A DNA stretch of 64,000 nt from a virus: positions 1-64,000 of the IMG/VR virus record IMGVR_UViG_3300025305_003938; one strand, given 5' to 3'. Each line of letters starts with the position of its first letter. Position 1 is the stretch's first letter. A model generated the notes under the pieces. That model ran no database searches. It saw nothing but the letters and a program-made list of their open reading frames with translations, and was not told the DNA's origin. Both the position numbers and the translations under genes were made by a program. Of this stretch, positions 55,774 to 64,000 are shown in pieces.

Positions 55774-56576
55774 CAGAGTATAAAGATCTTTTTGGGCCCG
55801 CCGAGTTACGTCTTTTTCTAGAGAAGATCAAACCCGATGAAAAATATAATGATTATCTTAGAGGCAAGCGCGTCGCCATAGTGGGCCCATCGAAACATAT
55901 GCTGGCATATGACGCCGGCAGTGTTATTGATGAATATGATGTTGTTATTAGAATGAAGTGGGTTGATATCCTACCACTCTCAGAACACTGCAATGGCAAA
56001 TATGTAAAACACATCGGCAGTAAGACTGATGTTGTATACGGTAATAGGTTTCTTATTGTTAACAACATGATGCAGGAATATCTAGAGTATTTTAAAAGAT
56101 CTGAAATAGATCACTATAGAATCCCCGATAATAAGGTTTCGAACCACTTTTTCTCCAAGGAACTAGCATGCGGCACGACGTATACAGAATACGCATGCGG
56201 AGATTTTGGACTTCAGTATCAATCTATCACACAAACAGATGGTACAAGATATTGGCCGCAAACAGGAACGGTGGCCATCATGGAAGCAATTGCTAGCGAT
56301 GCTGCAGAGATTTTCGTTAGTGGCATAACCATGTATCATGGCGGTGGCCACATCTTCCAGAAGAATAAGAACCCCACACACAATCAGCCTATTGTGGGAA
56401 AACATCACGGCGTGTTAGAAACAGCAATGTTAATAGATTGCTATGAATTATCAGAAAATCGTGGTAAAATAAGATTTGATGAGCCCCTGTATAACATTAT
56501 GAACATGTACAAACAGGGTTTAGCCACGAAGGAAATTACAAAAACAATAAATGAGTTTGTAAATAAACTGGAATGA
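55770..56576 (+). CDS. GT29-like sialyltransferase
   Basis: Sialylmotif L-like RVAIVGPS...GSVIDEYDVVIRM...GSKT; S-like PQTGTVAI...IFVSG; VS-like HHGVLE. Confidence 0.75.
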   Translation: MTEYKDLFGPAELRLFLEKIKPDEKYNDYLRGKRVAIVGPSKHMLAYDAGSVIDEYDVVIRMKWVDILPLSEHCNGKYVKHIGSKTDVVYGNRFLIVNNMMQEYLEYFKRSEIDHYRIPDNKVSNHFFSKELACGTTYTEYACGDFGLQYQSITQTDGTRYWPQTGTVAIMEAIASDAAEIFVSGITMYHGGGHIFQKNKNPTHNQPIVGKHHGVLETAMLIDCYELSENRGKIRFDEPLYNIMNMYKQGLATKEITKTINEFVNKLE

Positions 56577-57250
56577 TAACAGACAAGAAAATTTTAGCAG
56601 TCACTCTCGCCCGCGGCGGCTCAAAGAAGATTCCGAGAAAAAACATAATCGACATCAATGGTAAGCCGCTGCTAGCCTACACAACAGAGATCGTCAAGGA
56701 GAGTCAGTATGTGGATAAACATATTGTATCGACGGATGATTTGGAAATTGCAATGATCGTAGAAGAATGTGGAGCCGAGTTGCATATGAGGCCCCCCCTT
56801 TTGGCACAAGATGATACTACCTCTGCAGCTGCGTTGATGGATGTTGTGCAAAGCAACCCCAACTATGACTATGTGGTGGAAGTCATGGCCACAAATCCAT
56901 TAAAAACGACAGAAGACCTTGACAAAGCACTAGAGAAGCTTTATGATACTGGAGCTGACTCTGTTGTATCGGTAGTGAGAATATGGGATCACCACCCCTC
57001 TAGAGTCAAATATATCAAAGAAGACAAGTTAATGGATTTTTACCCAGAGATACCCGAATCCCGCCGGCAAGATTTAACACCGGCAGCATATGTCAGAAAC
57101 GGAAGTATATATGCAACGACTGTGGAGTCTTTCCTAGAACATGAGGTTCGCCTAGGCCCAGATACAAGGCCCTATATTATGTCAGAAGAGAACACGATTA
57201 ATATCGATGAACCTAGAGATTTAGAGTTAGCAAGAATAATACTTAAATGA
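56573..57250 (+). CDS. neuA: acylneuraminate cytidylyltransferase
   Basis: ARGGSKKIPRKN, VSTDD, RRQDL, NGSIY, NIDEPRD. Confidence 0.9.
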   Translation: MITDKKILAVTLARGGSKKIPRKNIIDINGKPLLAYTTEIVKESQYVDKHIVSTDDLEIAMIVEECGAELHMRPPLLAQDDTTSAAALMDVVQSNPNYDYVVEVMATNPLKTTEDLDKALEKLYDTGADSVVSVVRIWDHHPSRVKYIKEDKLMDFYPEIPESRRQDLTPAAYVRNGSIYATTVESFLEHEVRLGPDTRPYIMSEENTINIDEPRDLELARIILK

Positions 57251-58179
57251 AAATTATATGTATAACACCAGTGACTGATACCATGATGCAGAACCTTGAG
57301 ACGAAAGGTGATGTCACATACTGTCCAAATATTAACAAAAATCAGCTGTCAGAGGCTCTTAAGGAAGACTACGACGTTATATTCACCAACCCTAACAAAC
57401 AGGGTTTCGTGCTTGATAAGGGCCTCCTGGGGCCCTCTAGCGTGTCTGTAATCTGTACAGCCTCGACGGGTACTAACCATATTGACAAAAAATACTGCCA
57501 AGACAACAATATTACTATATTTTCTATAACGACGGATTATCCACTTTTGAGGAAAATCACATCAACAGCAGAGCACTCTTTTGCTCTAATGATGGCCTTG
57601 TTGAGAAATCTACCTAATTCACAGAATTCTGTTATTGCCGGGGCATGGAACTGGGAACCGTTTTTAGGTCGCCAAATCAACTGTTTGAAAATTGGTATTG
57701 TTGGCTATGGCCGCCTAGGCGAGATGATGGCGCGCTATTGTGCCGCTTTCGGAGCAGAGGTTTATATCTGTGATCCATATAAAAGTACAGACATGAAATA
57801 CCCCCAGGTTGATTCTTTAGAGCGACTGTTCGAAATTTGCGATGTGGTTTCTCTCCATGTGCATGTCACAGATGAAACAAAATATTTTATTAATAAAAAA
57901 TTGCTTGCAAAAGTAACCAAATCAGTGTATCTTATCAATACGTCTCGTGGTGAGGTTGTTGATGAGAAGGACATCATTTCCATGTTAGAATCAGGTAAGT
58001 TAGCTGGATATGCGACAGATGTCGTTGAGGATGAATTTGGAGACGTATCGAACAGTCCAATAATCCAACACTTAGAAGATTTAAATATTATTGTTACTCC
58101 TCACATTGGGGGTATGACAAGTGATGCTAGGGAACTAGCTTATAATGGAGCAATTAACAAATTGGAGAATACAAAATGA
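57247..58179 (+). CDS. D-isomer-specific 2-hydroxyacid dehydrogenase
   Basis: GIVGYGRLG, INTSRG, TPHIGG. Confidence 0.92.
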   Translation: MKIICITPVTDTMMQNLETKGDVTYCPNINKNQLSEALKEDYDVIFTNPNKQGFVLDKGLLGPSSVSVICTASTGTNHIDKKYCQDNNITIFSITTDYPLLRKITSTAEHSFALMMALLRNLPNSQNSVIAGAWNWEPFLGRQINCLKIGIVGYGRLGEMMARYCAAFGAEVYICDPYKSTDMKYPQVDSLERLFEICDVVSLHVHVTDETKYFINKKLLAKVTKSVYLINTSRGEVVDEKDIISMLESGKLAGYATDVVEDEFGDVSNSPIIQHLEDLNIIVTPHIGGMTSDARELAYNGAINKLENTK

Positions 58180-58979
58180 CAGAAATTATTGCTGAAATCG
58201 GTTGGAATCATATGGGAGACATCGAGTTGGCTGATCGTATGATCGGTGCTGCAGCCCGAAGTGGCGCCACTTATGCTAAATTTCAAACTTGGTCTGTTTC
58301 TAGGTTGAAAGACGGAGAGTGGGACAGGGACGGCCGCCGCCAAATCTACGAAAATGCAGAATTAACCGCAGCTGATCATATAGACTTGATGAACCTGTGT
58401 GACAAGCATAGCATTAAATTTCTATCATCAGTGTTTAGTGTTCCAGATGCTCAACTGCTAGCAGACTTGGGCCAGTCATCGGTTGTTAAGATTCCGAGTT
58501 TTGAATGCAGAAATGTAGAATTAATTGATTTCTGTAATGAGCACTTTAAGAAGGTTTATATGTCAACAGGCACATCCAAGTGGTCAGAATTACAGGAAAT
58601 CGTACCAAGGTTCGATAAAGCTGAACTCACCCTTCTTCACTGTGTCTCTTCTTATCCATGCTTGCCAACCATGGCAAACATTTCAAAGCTAGCTGACTTA
58701 AAAACTCTTTGCCCTCGTATCGGCTATAGCGACCATATCATGGGAGTGGAGTCCGCGAAAGTGGCGTTAGCCTATGGTCTAGACGTTGTTGAGAAGCATT
58801 TTACGGTAGACCATGACCTTCCGGGCCGCGACAACAAGTTTGCAGTACTACCAGAGGAACTTAAGAGCCTATCGGAATTTATCACACTTGTCAAAGAGAT
58901 GCATCAGTTTCACGGGCTAGACTATCAGGCCGCAGAGGAAGGTGCCCGCAATGAATACGCGGGAAGATTTAATGGCTGA
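58176..58979 (+). CDS. neuB: N-acetylneuraminate (nonulosonic acid) synthase lacking the C-terminal SAF domain
   Basis: IIAEIGWNHMGD, AKFQT, KIPS, MSTG, HCVSSYP, GYSDH, EKHFT. Confidence 0.92.
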   Translation: MTEIIAEIGWNHMGDIELADRMIGAAARSGATYAKFQTWSVSRLKDGEWDRDGRRQIYENAELTAADHIDLMNLCDKHSIKFLSSVFSVPDAQLLADLGQSSVVKIPSFECRNVELIDFCNEHFKKVYMSTGTSKWSELQEIVPRFDKAELTLLHCVSSYPCLPTMANISKLADLKTLCPRIGYSDHIMGVESAKVALAYGLDVVEKHFTVDHDLPGRDNKFAVLPEELKSLSEFITLVKEMHQFHGLDYQAAEEGARNEYAGRFNG

Positions 58980-59616
58980 TAATATCTCTATTATTATTCG
59001 AAACAGGAACGAGGAGAGGTGGATAGGTTATGCTATTCAGTCTTCTCTAGACACATTTGAAAATCCGGAGATTATTGTCATTAATAACAATTCAGTGGAT
59101 CAGTCAATGGAGATCGTGAACGAGTTCTGTTTTTCTAATATTAAGATTTCAAACATTGACAATTATACCCCTGGTCGCGCCTTGAACACTGCAGTGAGGG
59201 AGGCATCAAACGAAACAATTTTGATCCTATCAGCTCACAGTGTTATAACGAAGCCAGTCGATTTGGAAAAAGTCCAAAGACAGCTTCAGGAACATGTTGC
59301 TGTATTCGGAAAACAAACACCAGTATATCGCGGCCGCAAGATCACAAAGCGTTACGTTTGGTCACACTTTACAGACGAATCTGTGGTTAATATGTGGTCT
59401 GAGCCCGAGAGCAGACACTTCCTTCACAATGCTTTCTGCTTTTATAACAAAGGGGCATTGCTGGAAAATAAATTCGATGAACGGCTTTCTGGTAAAGAGG
59501 ATCGTTACTGGGCTAATAAGGTTGTATCACGCGGCCTGACGTACCTATATGATGTAGAGTTACAATGTGACCACCATTGGACCCCAGCCGGCAACACTTG
59601 GAAAGGTTTGGGCTAA
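58972..59616 (+). CDS. GT2 glycosyltransferase (rhamnosyltransferase-like)
   Basis: ISIIIRNRNE, LSAH, FDE...ED..WA. Confidence 0.85.
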   Translation: MADNISIIIRNRNEERWIGYAIQSSLDTFENPEIIVINNNSVDQSMEIVNEFCFSNIKISNIDNYTPGRALNTAVREASNETILILSAHSVITKPVDLEKVQRQLQEHVAVFGKQTPVYRGRKITKRYVWSHFTDESVVNMWSEPESRHFLHNAFCFYNKGALLENKFDERLSGKEDRYWANKVVSRGLTYLYDVELQCDHHWTPAGNTWKGLG

Positions 59617-60179
59617 TGAGAATTGTTGCGTTTATACCAGCCAAGGGGAATTCGAACAGACTTAAGGGGAAAAACATGTTTCCTCTGAAAGATAAACCTC
59701 TAATTTGTTGGACTTTCGACGCGATCAAAGAATCAAAATACTTAGATGAGGTATATATTTCGACAGATAGTGAAGAAATCTCTAACATTTCCTTACTTTA
59801 CGGCTTTAACGTCATAGAAAGGCCTCCGGAGCTTACGCTACGACATGTTGGAAAACAAGAGGTTTTAGAACATGCGATTGTTGAAATAGAAGATGTGGAA
59901 AAAGTAGATTATATTTGTATGCTACAGGCAAATTCCCCTCAGATTGAGGCTTCTAAGATAGACGAAGCTGTCGAGAAAGTTGTAAATTCGGCCGGCGAGG
60001 TGTGGGAGTGCTTATCGATAAACAAAGAAACCTTGTTTACTGATGGTGCTATAAGGGTTTTTCACCGAGATTGCTTAACTCGCAAAGGCCTAGGCATGTA
60101 TATAAGTACTGTTTTGACCGATTACGTTGACGTACATACGATTGAAGATATAAGAAATATAGAGGCTACAGGCGCTTAG
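59616..60179 (+). CDS. second NeuA/KdsB-like cytidylyltransferase
   Basis: IPAKGNSNRLKGKN, ISTDS, LQANSP, DVHTIED. Confidence 0.88.
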   Translation: MRIVAFIPAKGNSNRLKGKNMFPLKDKPLICWTFDAIKESKYLDEVYISTDSEEISNISLLYGFNVIERPPELTLRHVGKQEVLEHAIVEIEDVEKVDYICMLQANSPQIEASKIDEAVEKVVNSAGEVWECLSINKETLFTDGAIRVFHRDCLTRKGLGMYISTVLTDYVDVHTIEDIRNIEATGA

Positions 60180-60839
60180 ATGTATAAAGTTACTGTTGGT
60201 ATATGCTGTTTTAATCAAGACGATTGGGTGTATCGTTGTTTGAGGAGTCTATCATCTCAAAGTATGCACAAAGACGATTTTGAAGTTGTTATTGTAGACG
60301 ATAACCACAAACCCAGCCAAACGCTAGAGGATGTATGCGCCGCAATGTCTAACGTATTGAACATACGACTGGTAAGGAACGAAACGAACATTGGCCTGCC
60401 CGCCTCATTGAATAGGATTCTAAAAACGGCCCGCGGCAAATACTTTGTTAGAGTAGACTCTGATGATTATGTGTCCAGGCATTTCCTCTATATGTTATCG
60501 ACGTTTTTAGAGATGAATGAGAACTATCAAGCCGTTTATTGCGATTATATGAAAGTCAACCATGTTGGCCAGAAGTTGGGGTATTATGATGCACATACTG
60601 CCCCTATAGCGTGCGGTGTCATGTTTACATATGAATCACTTTGTTCATTAAATTTTTATAACGAAGAGTATAAAATGAGAGAAGGGCATGAATTGTTGGA
60701 GAGATTCCAGCAGAATTATTCAATGTACCACCTAGAAGCACCACTGTATCGGTACAGGATACATGAAGAGAATAGAACAAACAACAAAAAGCAAGTAGAA
60801 TACTACGATTTAAAGCTTAAAGGAGAAGAAAATGGCTAG
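60180..60839 (+). CDS. GT2 glycosyltransferase
   Basis: EVVIVDD, NIGLPASLN, RVDSDD, LYRYRIH. Confidence 0.9.
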   Translation: MYKVTVGICCFNQDDWVYRCLRSLSSQSMHKDDFEVVIVDDNHKPSQTLEDVCAAMSNVLNIRLVRNETNIGLPASLNRILKTARGKYFVRVDSDDYVSRHFLYMLSTFLEMNENYQAVYCDYMKVNHVGQKLGYYDAHTAPIACGVMFTYESLCSLNFYNEEYKMREGHELLERFQQNYSMYHLEAPLYRYRIHEENRTNNKKQVEYYDLKLKGEENG

Positions 60840-61707
60840 ATGTTTAGTAACAGGGCATAAAGGGTATATTGGTACCAAGCTCGTTGAGGAATTAGAACGA
60901 CAGGGGCATGAGGTCGTAGGGATCGATCTGCAAGATGGAAAAGATGTAATATTAGAATTGCAAGAACATACAGATGGAGGGTTTCACCCCCACTACGTAA
61001 ATTTTAAACCAGAATATCTGTTCCACTTAGCTTGTATCCCTCGCGTCGCCTACAGTGTAGAGCAACCTGTTGAAACAATGCAGAACAACGTTCTAGCCAC
61101 TAGCGTTGCCCTTAATTTTGCGCGCAAGAACGGGGTAAAGCGGTTTGTATATTCAAGCTCCTCTTCGGTACGTGGCAATGGGAATGGTCCTGTTAGTCCA
61201 TATGCTCTTCAGAAGTACACATCTGAGTTAGAAGTGGGAATGTACAGCGCCCTTTATGGCACGATGGACACTGTGTCTCTTCGTTACTTCAATGTTTATT
61301 CACACGATCAACAGGCCTCTGGCCCATACGCTACTGCCGTCGCAGCATATATGAGAGCCGTGAGAGAGGGTACCACCCCTCACATCACTGGAGATGGAGA
61401 GCAGCGCCGCGATATGTCTCACGTACTGGATATTGTTTCTGCAAACATATTCGCCATGGAACACACTAAGGATTTTTCTGGCCAACACTTTGACGTTGGA
61501 ACTGGAAGTAATATATCTCTTAACCAGATAAAAAATATTGTACAAAAACACCACCCTAGTGTAGAATTTGAATATGTTGAAGACCGCGCCGGCGATGTAC
61601 GCAATACAAAAGCAAATATGGTGCCACTAATGGAATTGGGATGGACGCCTAGCTGGAATATTAACGATGGCATTGAGGACTGTTTTGAGCGAACGAGAGT
61701 AGGGTAG
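60832..61707 (+). CDS. NAD-dependent sugar-nucleotide epimerase/dehydratase
   Basis: TGHKGYIG, SSSS, YALQK, LRYFNVY, GDGEQRRD. Confidence 0.92.
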   Translation: MARCLVTGHKGYIGTKLVEELERQGHEVVGIDLQDGKDVILELQEHTDGGFHPHYVNFKPEYLFHLACIPRVAYSVEQPVETMQNNVLATSVALNFARKNGVKRFVYSSSSSVRGNGNGPVSPYALQKYTSELEVGMYSALYGTMDTVSLRYFNVYSHDQQASGPYATAVAAYMRAVREGTTPHITGDGEQRRDMSHVLDIVSANIFAMEHTKDFSGQHFDVGTGSNISLNQIKNIVQKHHPSVEFEYVEDRAGDVRNTKANMVPLMELGWTPSWNINDGIEDCFERTRVG

Positions 61708-61708
61708 T

Positions 61709-62557
61709 ATGAAAGAGAAGATCGGTATTATAGGAAATGGATTTGTAGGCTCTGCAATTGCGTCCGGCTTCGCGCTGCATGCAGATGTGAAGGTCTATGA
61801 TGTAGATACAACTAGGTCGACCCACAGCATGGGGCATGTCATAAATGAATCTAATGTTATTTTTGTTTCGGTACCGACTCCAATGCTTCACACCCTAGGC
61901 GGAAAGATTGATACAACAATCATGGATGGGGTTTTCGAACAAATTTCCATGTTGAATAATCGAAAAGACAATATCTTTGTGGTGAAATCTACAATTGTAC
62001 CCGGAACAATCGAGAGGTACATAGAAAGATATCCCAAGCTCAACATCGTGTTTAGTCCCGAGTTCTTAACCGAACGTGCTGCGCGCTTTGATTTTATTAA
62101 TGCATCTAGGATTATTTTAGGTGGAGAATCCAAGCTAACTGAGCAAGTGGAAAACACTCTAAGAGTAAGGTTCCCCCATGTTAGAATCATCCACACAGAT
62201 GTAGCTACGGCTCAATTTATCAAGTATATGGCAAATTGCTTTTTCGCAACAAAAGTTTCATTCATGAATGAGATGAAACAAGGAGCAGACAAATTGGGCG
62301 TTAATTGGGATGATGCCATATTAGGCTTCATCACAGACGGCCGTATCGGGAATTCGCATATCGATGTCCCAGGTCACGATGGTAGCCTAGGTTTTGGAGG
62401 CAAATGCTTTCCAAAAGACTTGAATGCATTTATTGAACTGTTCCACGAGAATGGTATTGATCCGGCAGTTATGGAATCAGTTTGGAAGAAGAATTTAGAA
62501 GTAAGAAAAAACTTAGATTGGGCCGAGATTGTCGGCGCAGTAACTAACAAAAACTAA
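61709..62557 (+). CDS. UDP-glucose/GDP-mannose dehydrogenase, short form without the C-terminal domain
   Basis: GNGFVG, VPTP, KSTIVPG, PEFL, GFGGKCFPKD. Confidence 0.92.
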   Translation: MKEKIGIIGNGFVGSAIASGFALHADVKVYDVDTTRSTHSMGHVINESNVIFVSVPTPMLHTLGGKIDTTIMDGVFEQISMLNNRKDNIFVVKSTIVPGTIERYIERYPKLNIVFSPEFLTERAARFDFINASRIILGGESKLTEQVENTLRVRFPHVRIIHTDVATAQFIKYMANCFFATKVSFMNEMKQGADKLGVNWDDAILGFITDGRIGNSHIDVPGHDGSLGFGGKCFPKDLNAFIELFHENGIDPAVMESVWKKNLEVRKNLDWAEIVGAVTNKN

Positions 62558-62570
62558 GAGGAGTTTTAAG

Positions 62571-62801
62571 ATGAAGTTAAGTAAGCAAGCACTTGGGGCA
62601 ATCATGATGACCCTACAGAAATCATTAATGGAACAAAGCGATATCGTTCCAGTTTTAGAGGGGTTTAATTTGACTCCAGATGAGGACGATGGAAACGTAT
62701 TGCACGTTGCAAACCCCCCTGTCGTCAGTTTCGAAAACGTTAACCCTGAGGTCGCAACCGCAGAAACCACCGAGACTGATACTACAGATACAGAAGCATA
62801 A
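62571..62801 (+). CDS. hypothetical protein
   Basis: SD GAGGAG. Confidence 0.7.
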   Translation: MKLSKQALGAIMMTLQKSLMEQSDIVPVLEGFNLTPDEDDGNVLHVANPPVVSFENVNPEVATAETTETDTTDTEA

Positions 62802-62804
62802 AAC

Positions 62805-63053
62805 ATGCCGAGATACACATATCAATGTAGTTCCTGTAATGACATGTTGAATGTGTATCACTCCATTAAGGACGTTTTGGAAGATTGTACCTTATGCGAG
62901 ACTACGGGTTCTTTGGGCCGGCTATTGAGTCGACCTTTATACACTACGAAAGTTGCAACAAAAGCAAAAATCGGAGAAGTCACAGAAAACTTTATCGAGG
63001 ATGCTAAGAAAGAACTAGCCCAGCAAAAGAAAGGGCTAAAGAAAAAAAGATGA
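62805..63053 (+). CDS. FmdB-type zinc-ribbon protein
   Basis: MPRYTYQCSSC...CTLC. Confidence 0.8.
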   Translation: MPRYTYQCSSCNDMLNVYHSIKDVLEDCTLCETTGSLGRLLSRPLYTTKVATKAKIGEVTENFIEDAKKELAQQKKGLKKKR

Positions 63054-63367
63054 TAATAGTTGTTATACTATCTGTATTATTGAATATTCTTTTAGTCTGG
63101 TATCTGTATAAGGTGCTGGCCAAATTATTGTATACTTCCGACAACTTGGGCGACTTATATCTCATCACTAGAACATACAAAGAAATGGTTAGCTCCATGT
63201 ATGGTATGGATATGTTTTATGGAGAGCCTGTGATACAAGAACTACTCGCGCGATCCAAAGAATTGGTTGAAGAGATTGAGAAGTTTGAGGAAATATACGA
63301 AATTACAACGAATATTGAATTTGAGGATGAACTAGATGCCGCCGAAGAAGAGAAAAAAGAGAACTAA
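63050..63367 (+). CDS. membrane-anchored coiled-coil protein
   Basis: N-terminal TM helix. Confidence 0.7.
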   Translation: MIIVVILSVLLNILLVWYLYKVLAKLLYTSDNLGDLYLITRTYKEMVSSMYGMDMFYGEPVIQELLARSKELVEEIEKFEEIYEITTNIEFEDELDAAEEEKKEN

Positions 63368-64000
63368 AAATTTATATTTTACCAAAGATCACGAACTAGC
63401 GATCATTGAATATACAAAAACTCCGTCAAGAGCTAAGAGATCAGAGTTGTATATCGAGTGGATTCAGCCGGCCTTTGATCAAATGGTAGACAAAATTATT
63501 TATACTTACCGGTTTGGTAATCTGCCAAACATTGAGTACCTTAAGCAAGATTGCAAGATCTGGTTAACCACCATTTTAGATAAATATGATCCAAGCAAAG
63601 GATCGAAGGCGTTCTCATACTTTTCAGTTGTTACAAAAAACTGGTTTATTCATAAAGTAAAAAAGAACAACACTCGGGCCCGTAGAGAAGTCTTTCTAGA
63701 AGATATAACTAGCGAAAGAGACGTTGAGAAGATCAGCGAAGAGTTGAGTTATATTAGAGAAAGGCAAATGAAAGAGTTCTGGTTGCACTTTTACCATGAA
63801 ATGAACACGTGGCACAGCGCAAACCTCAAGCCGAATGAACGAAAAGTTTTAGAAGCTATCCGAATTTTGTTTGAAAGTTCGGAAGATATTGAAATTTTCA
63901 ATAAAAAGGCTATTTACTTATACTTACGAGAGCTTACAGGTCTTAACACCAAGCAGGTTGTTAACATACTTAACAAGTTACGAGCGAAATACAGGAATTT
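63336..64000 (+). CDS. phage late sigma factor-like protein (T4 gp55-like), runs off the window end
   Basis: Hand translation MPPKKRKKRTKNLYFT...LDKYDPSKGSKAFSYFSVVTKNWFIHKVKK resembles sigma region 2. Confidence 0.75.
   Translation, partial: MPPKKRKKRTKNLYFTKDHELAIIEYTKTPSRAKRSELYIEWIQPAFDQMVDKIIYTYRFGNLPNIEYLKQDCKIWLTTILDKYDPSKGSKAFSYFSVVTKNWFIHKVKKNNTRARREVFLEDITSERDVEKISEELSYIRERQMKEFWLHFYHEMNTWHSANLKPNERKVLEAIRILFESSEDIEIFNKKAIYLYLRELTGLNTKQVVNILNKLRAKYRN

Overview
This 64-kb window looks like part of a large (jumbo-type) dsDNA bacteriophage genome read in genetic code 11, with nearly all genes on the + strand. No capsid, terminase or polymerase gene is in the window, so the phage call rests on gene content: a T4 gp55-like sigma factor, endolysin, PhoH, HNH nucleases, a tRNA cluster, tmRNA, a fibre protein and many ORFans. 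Layout: (1) 1-6750 is a GC-richer putative early region of repeated promoter/stem-loop cassettes driving small SH3/KOW-like proteins and a MoxR-AAA+/vWA pair. (2) 6200-8000 is a largely non-coding boundary with TGTGAG repeats and a C-tract (candidate terminus, pac or origin). (3) 8300-25100 holds the endolysin, an IscA/TlpA/cytochrome c module and many unrelated proteins sharing N-terminal leaders (MKLLLENWRxYLxE; MKITKxxLxxIIKEEL) that look like capsid-loading/protease-cleavage tags on enzyme cargo. (4) 25200-40500 holds tmRNA, 8 tRNAs (including a class-II-bodied tRNA-Asn), one chimeric Gly/Pro pseudo-tRNA, metabolic genes and repeat fibre proteins. (5) 40500-46400 is a yeaH-spoVR-prkA-phoH block. 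(6) 48600-62600 is a 14-kb glycan cluster with NeuB, two NeuA-like enzymes and two sialyltransferase-like proteins. The strongest candidates for an undescribed system are the tagged virion-cargo family and the phage nonulosonic-acid glycosylation pathway. A Myxococcota/delta-proteobacterial host is only a weak inference. All protein calls come from motif recognition by eye, not database searches.
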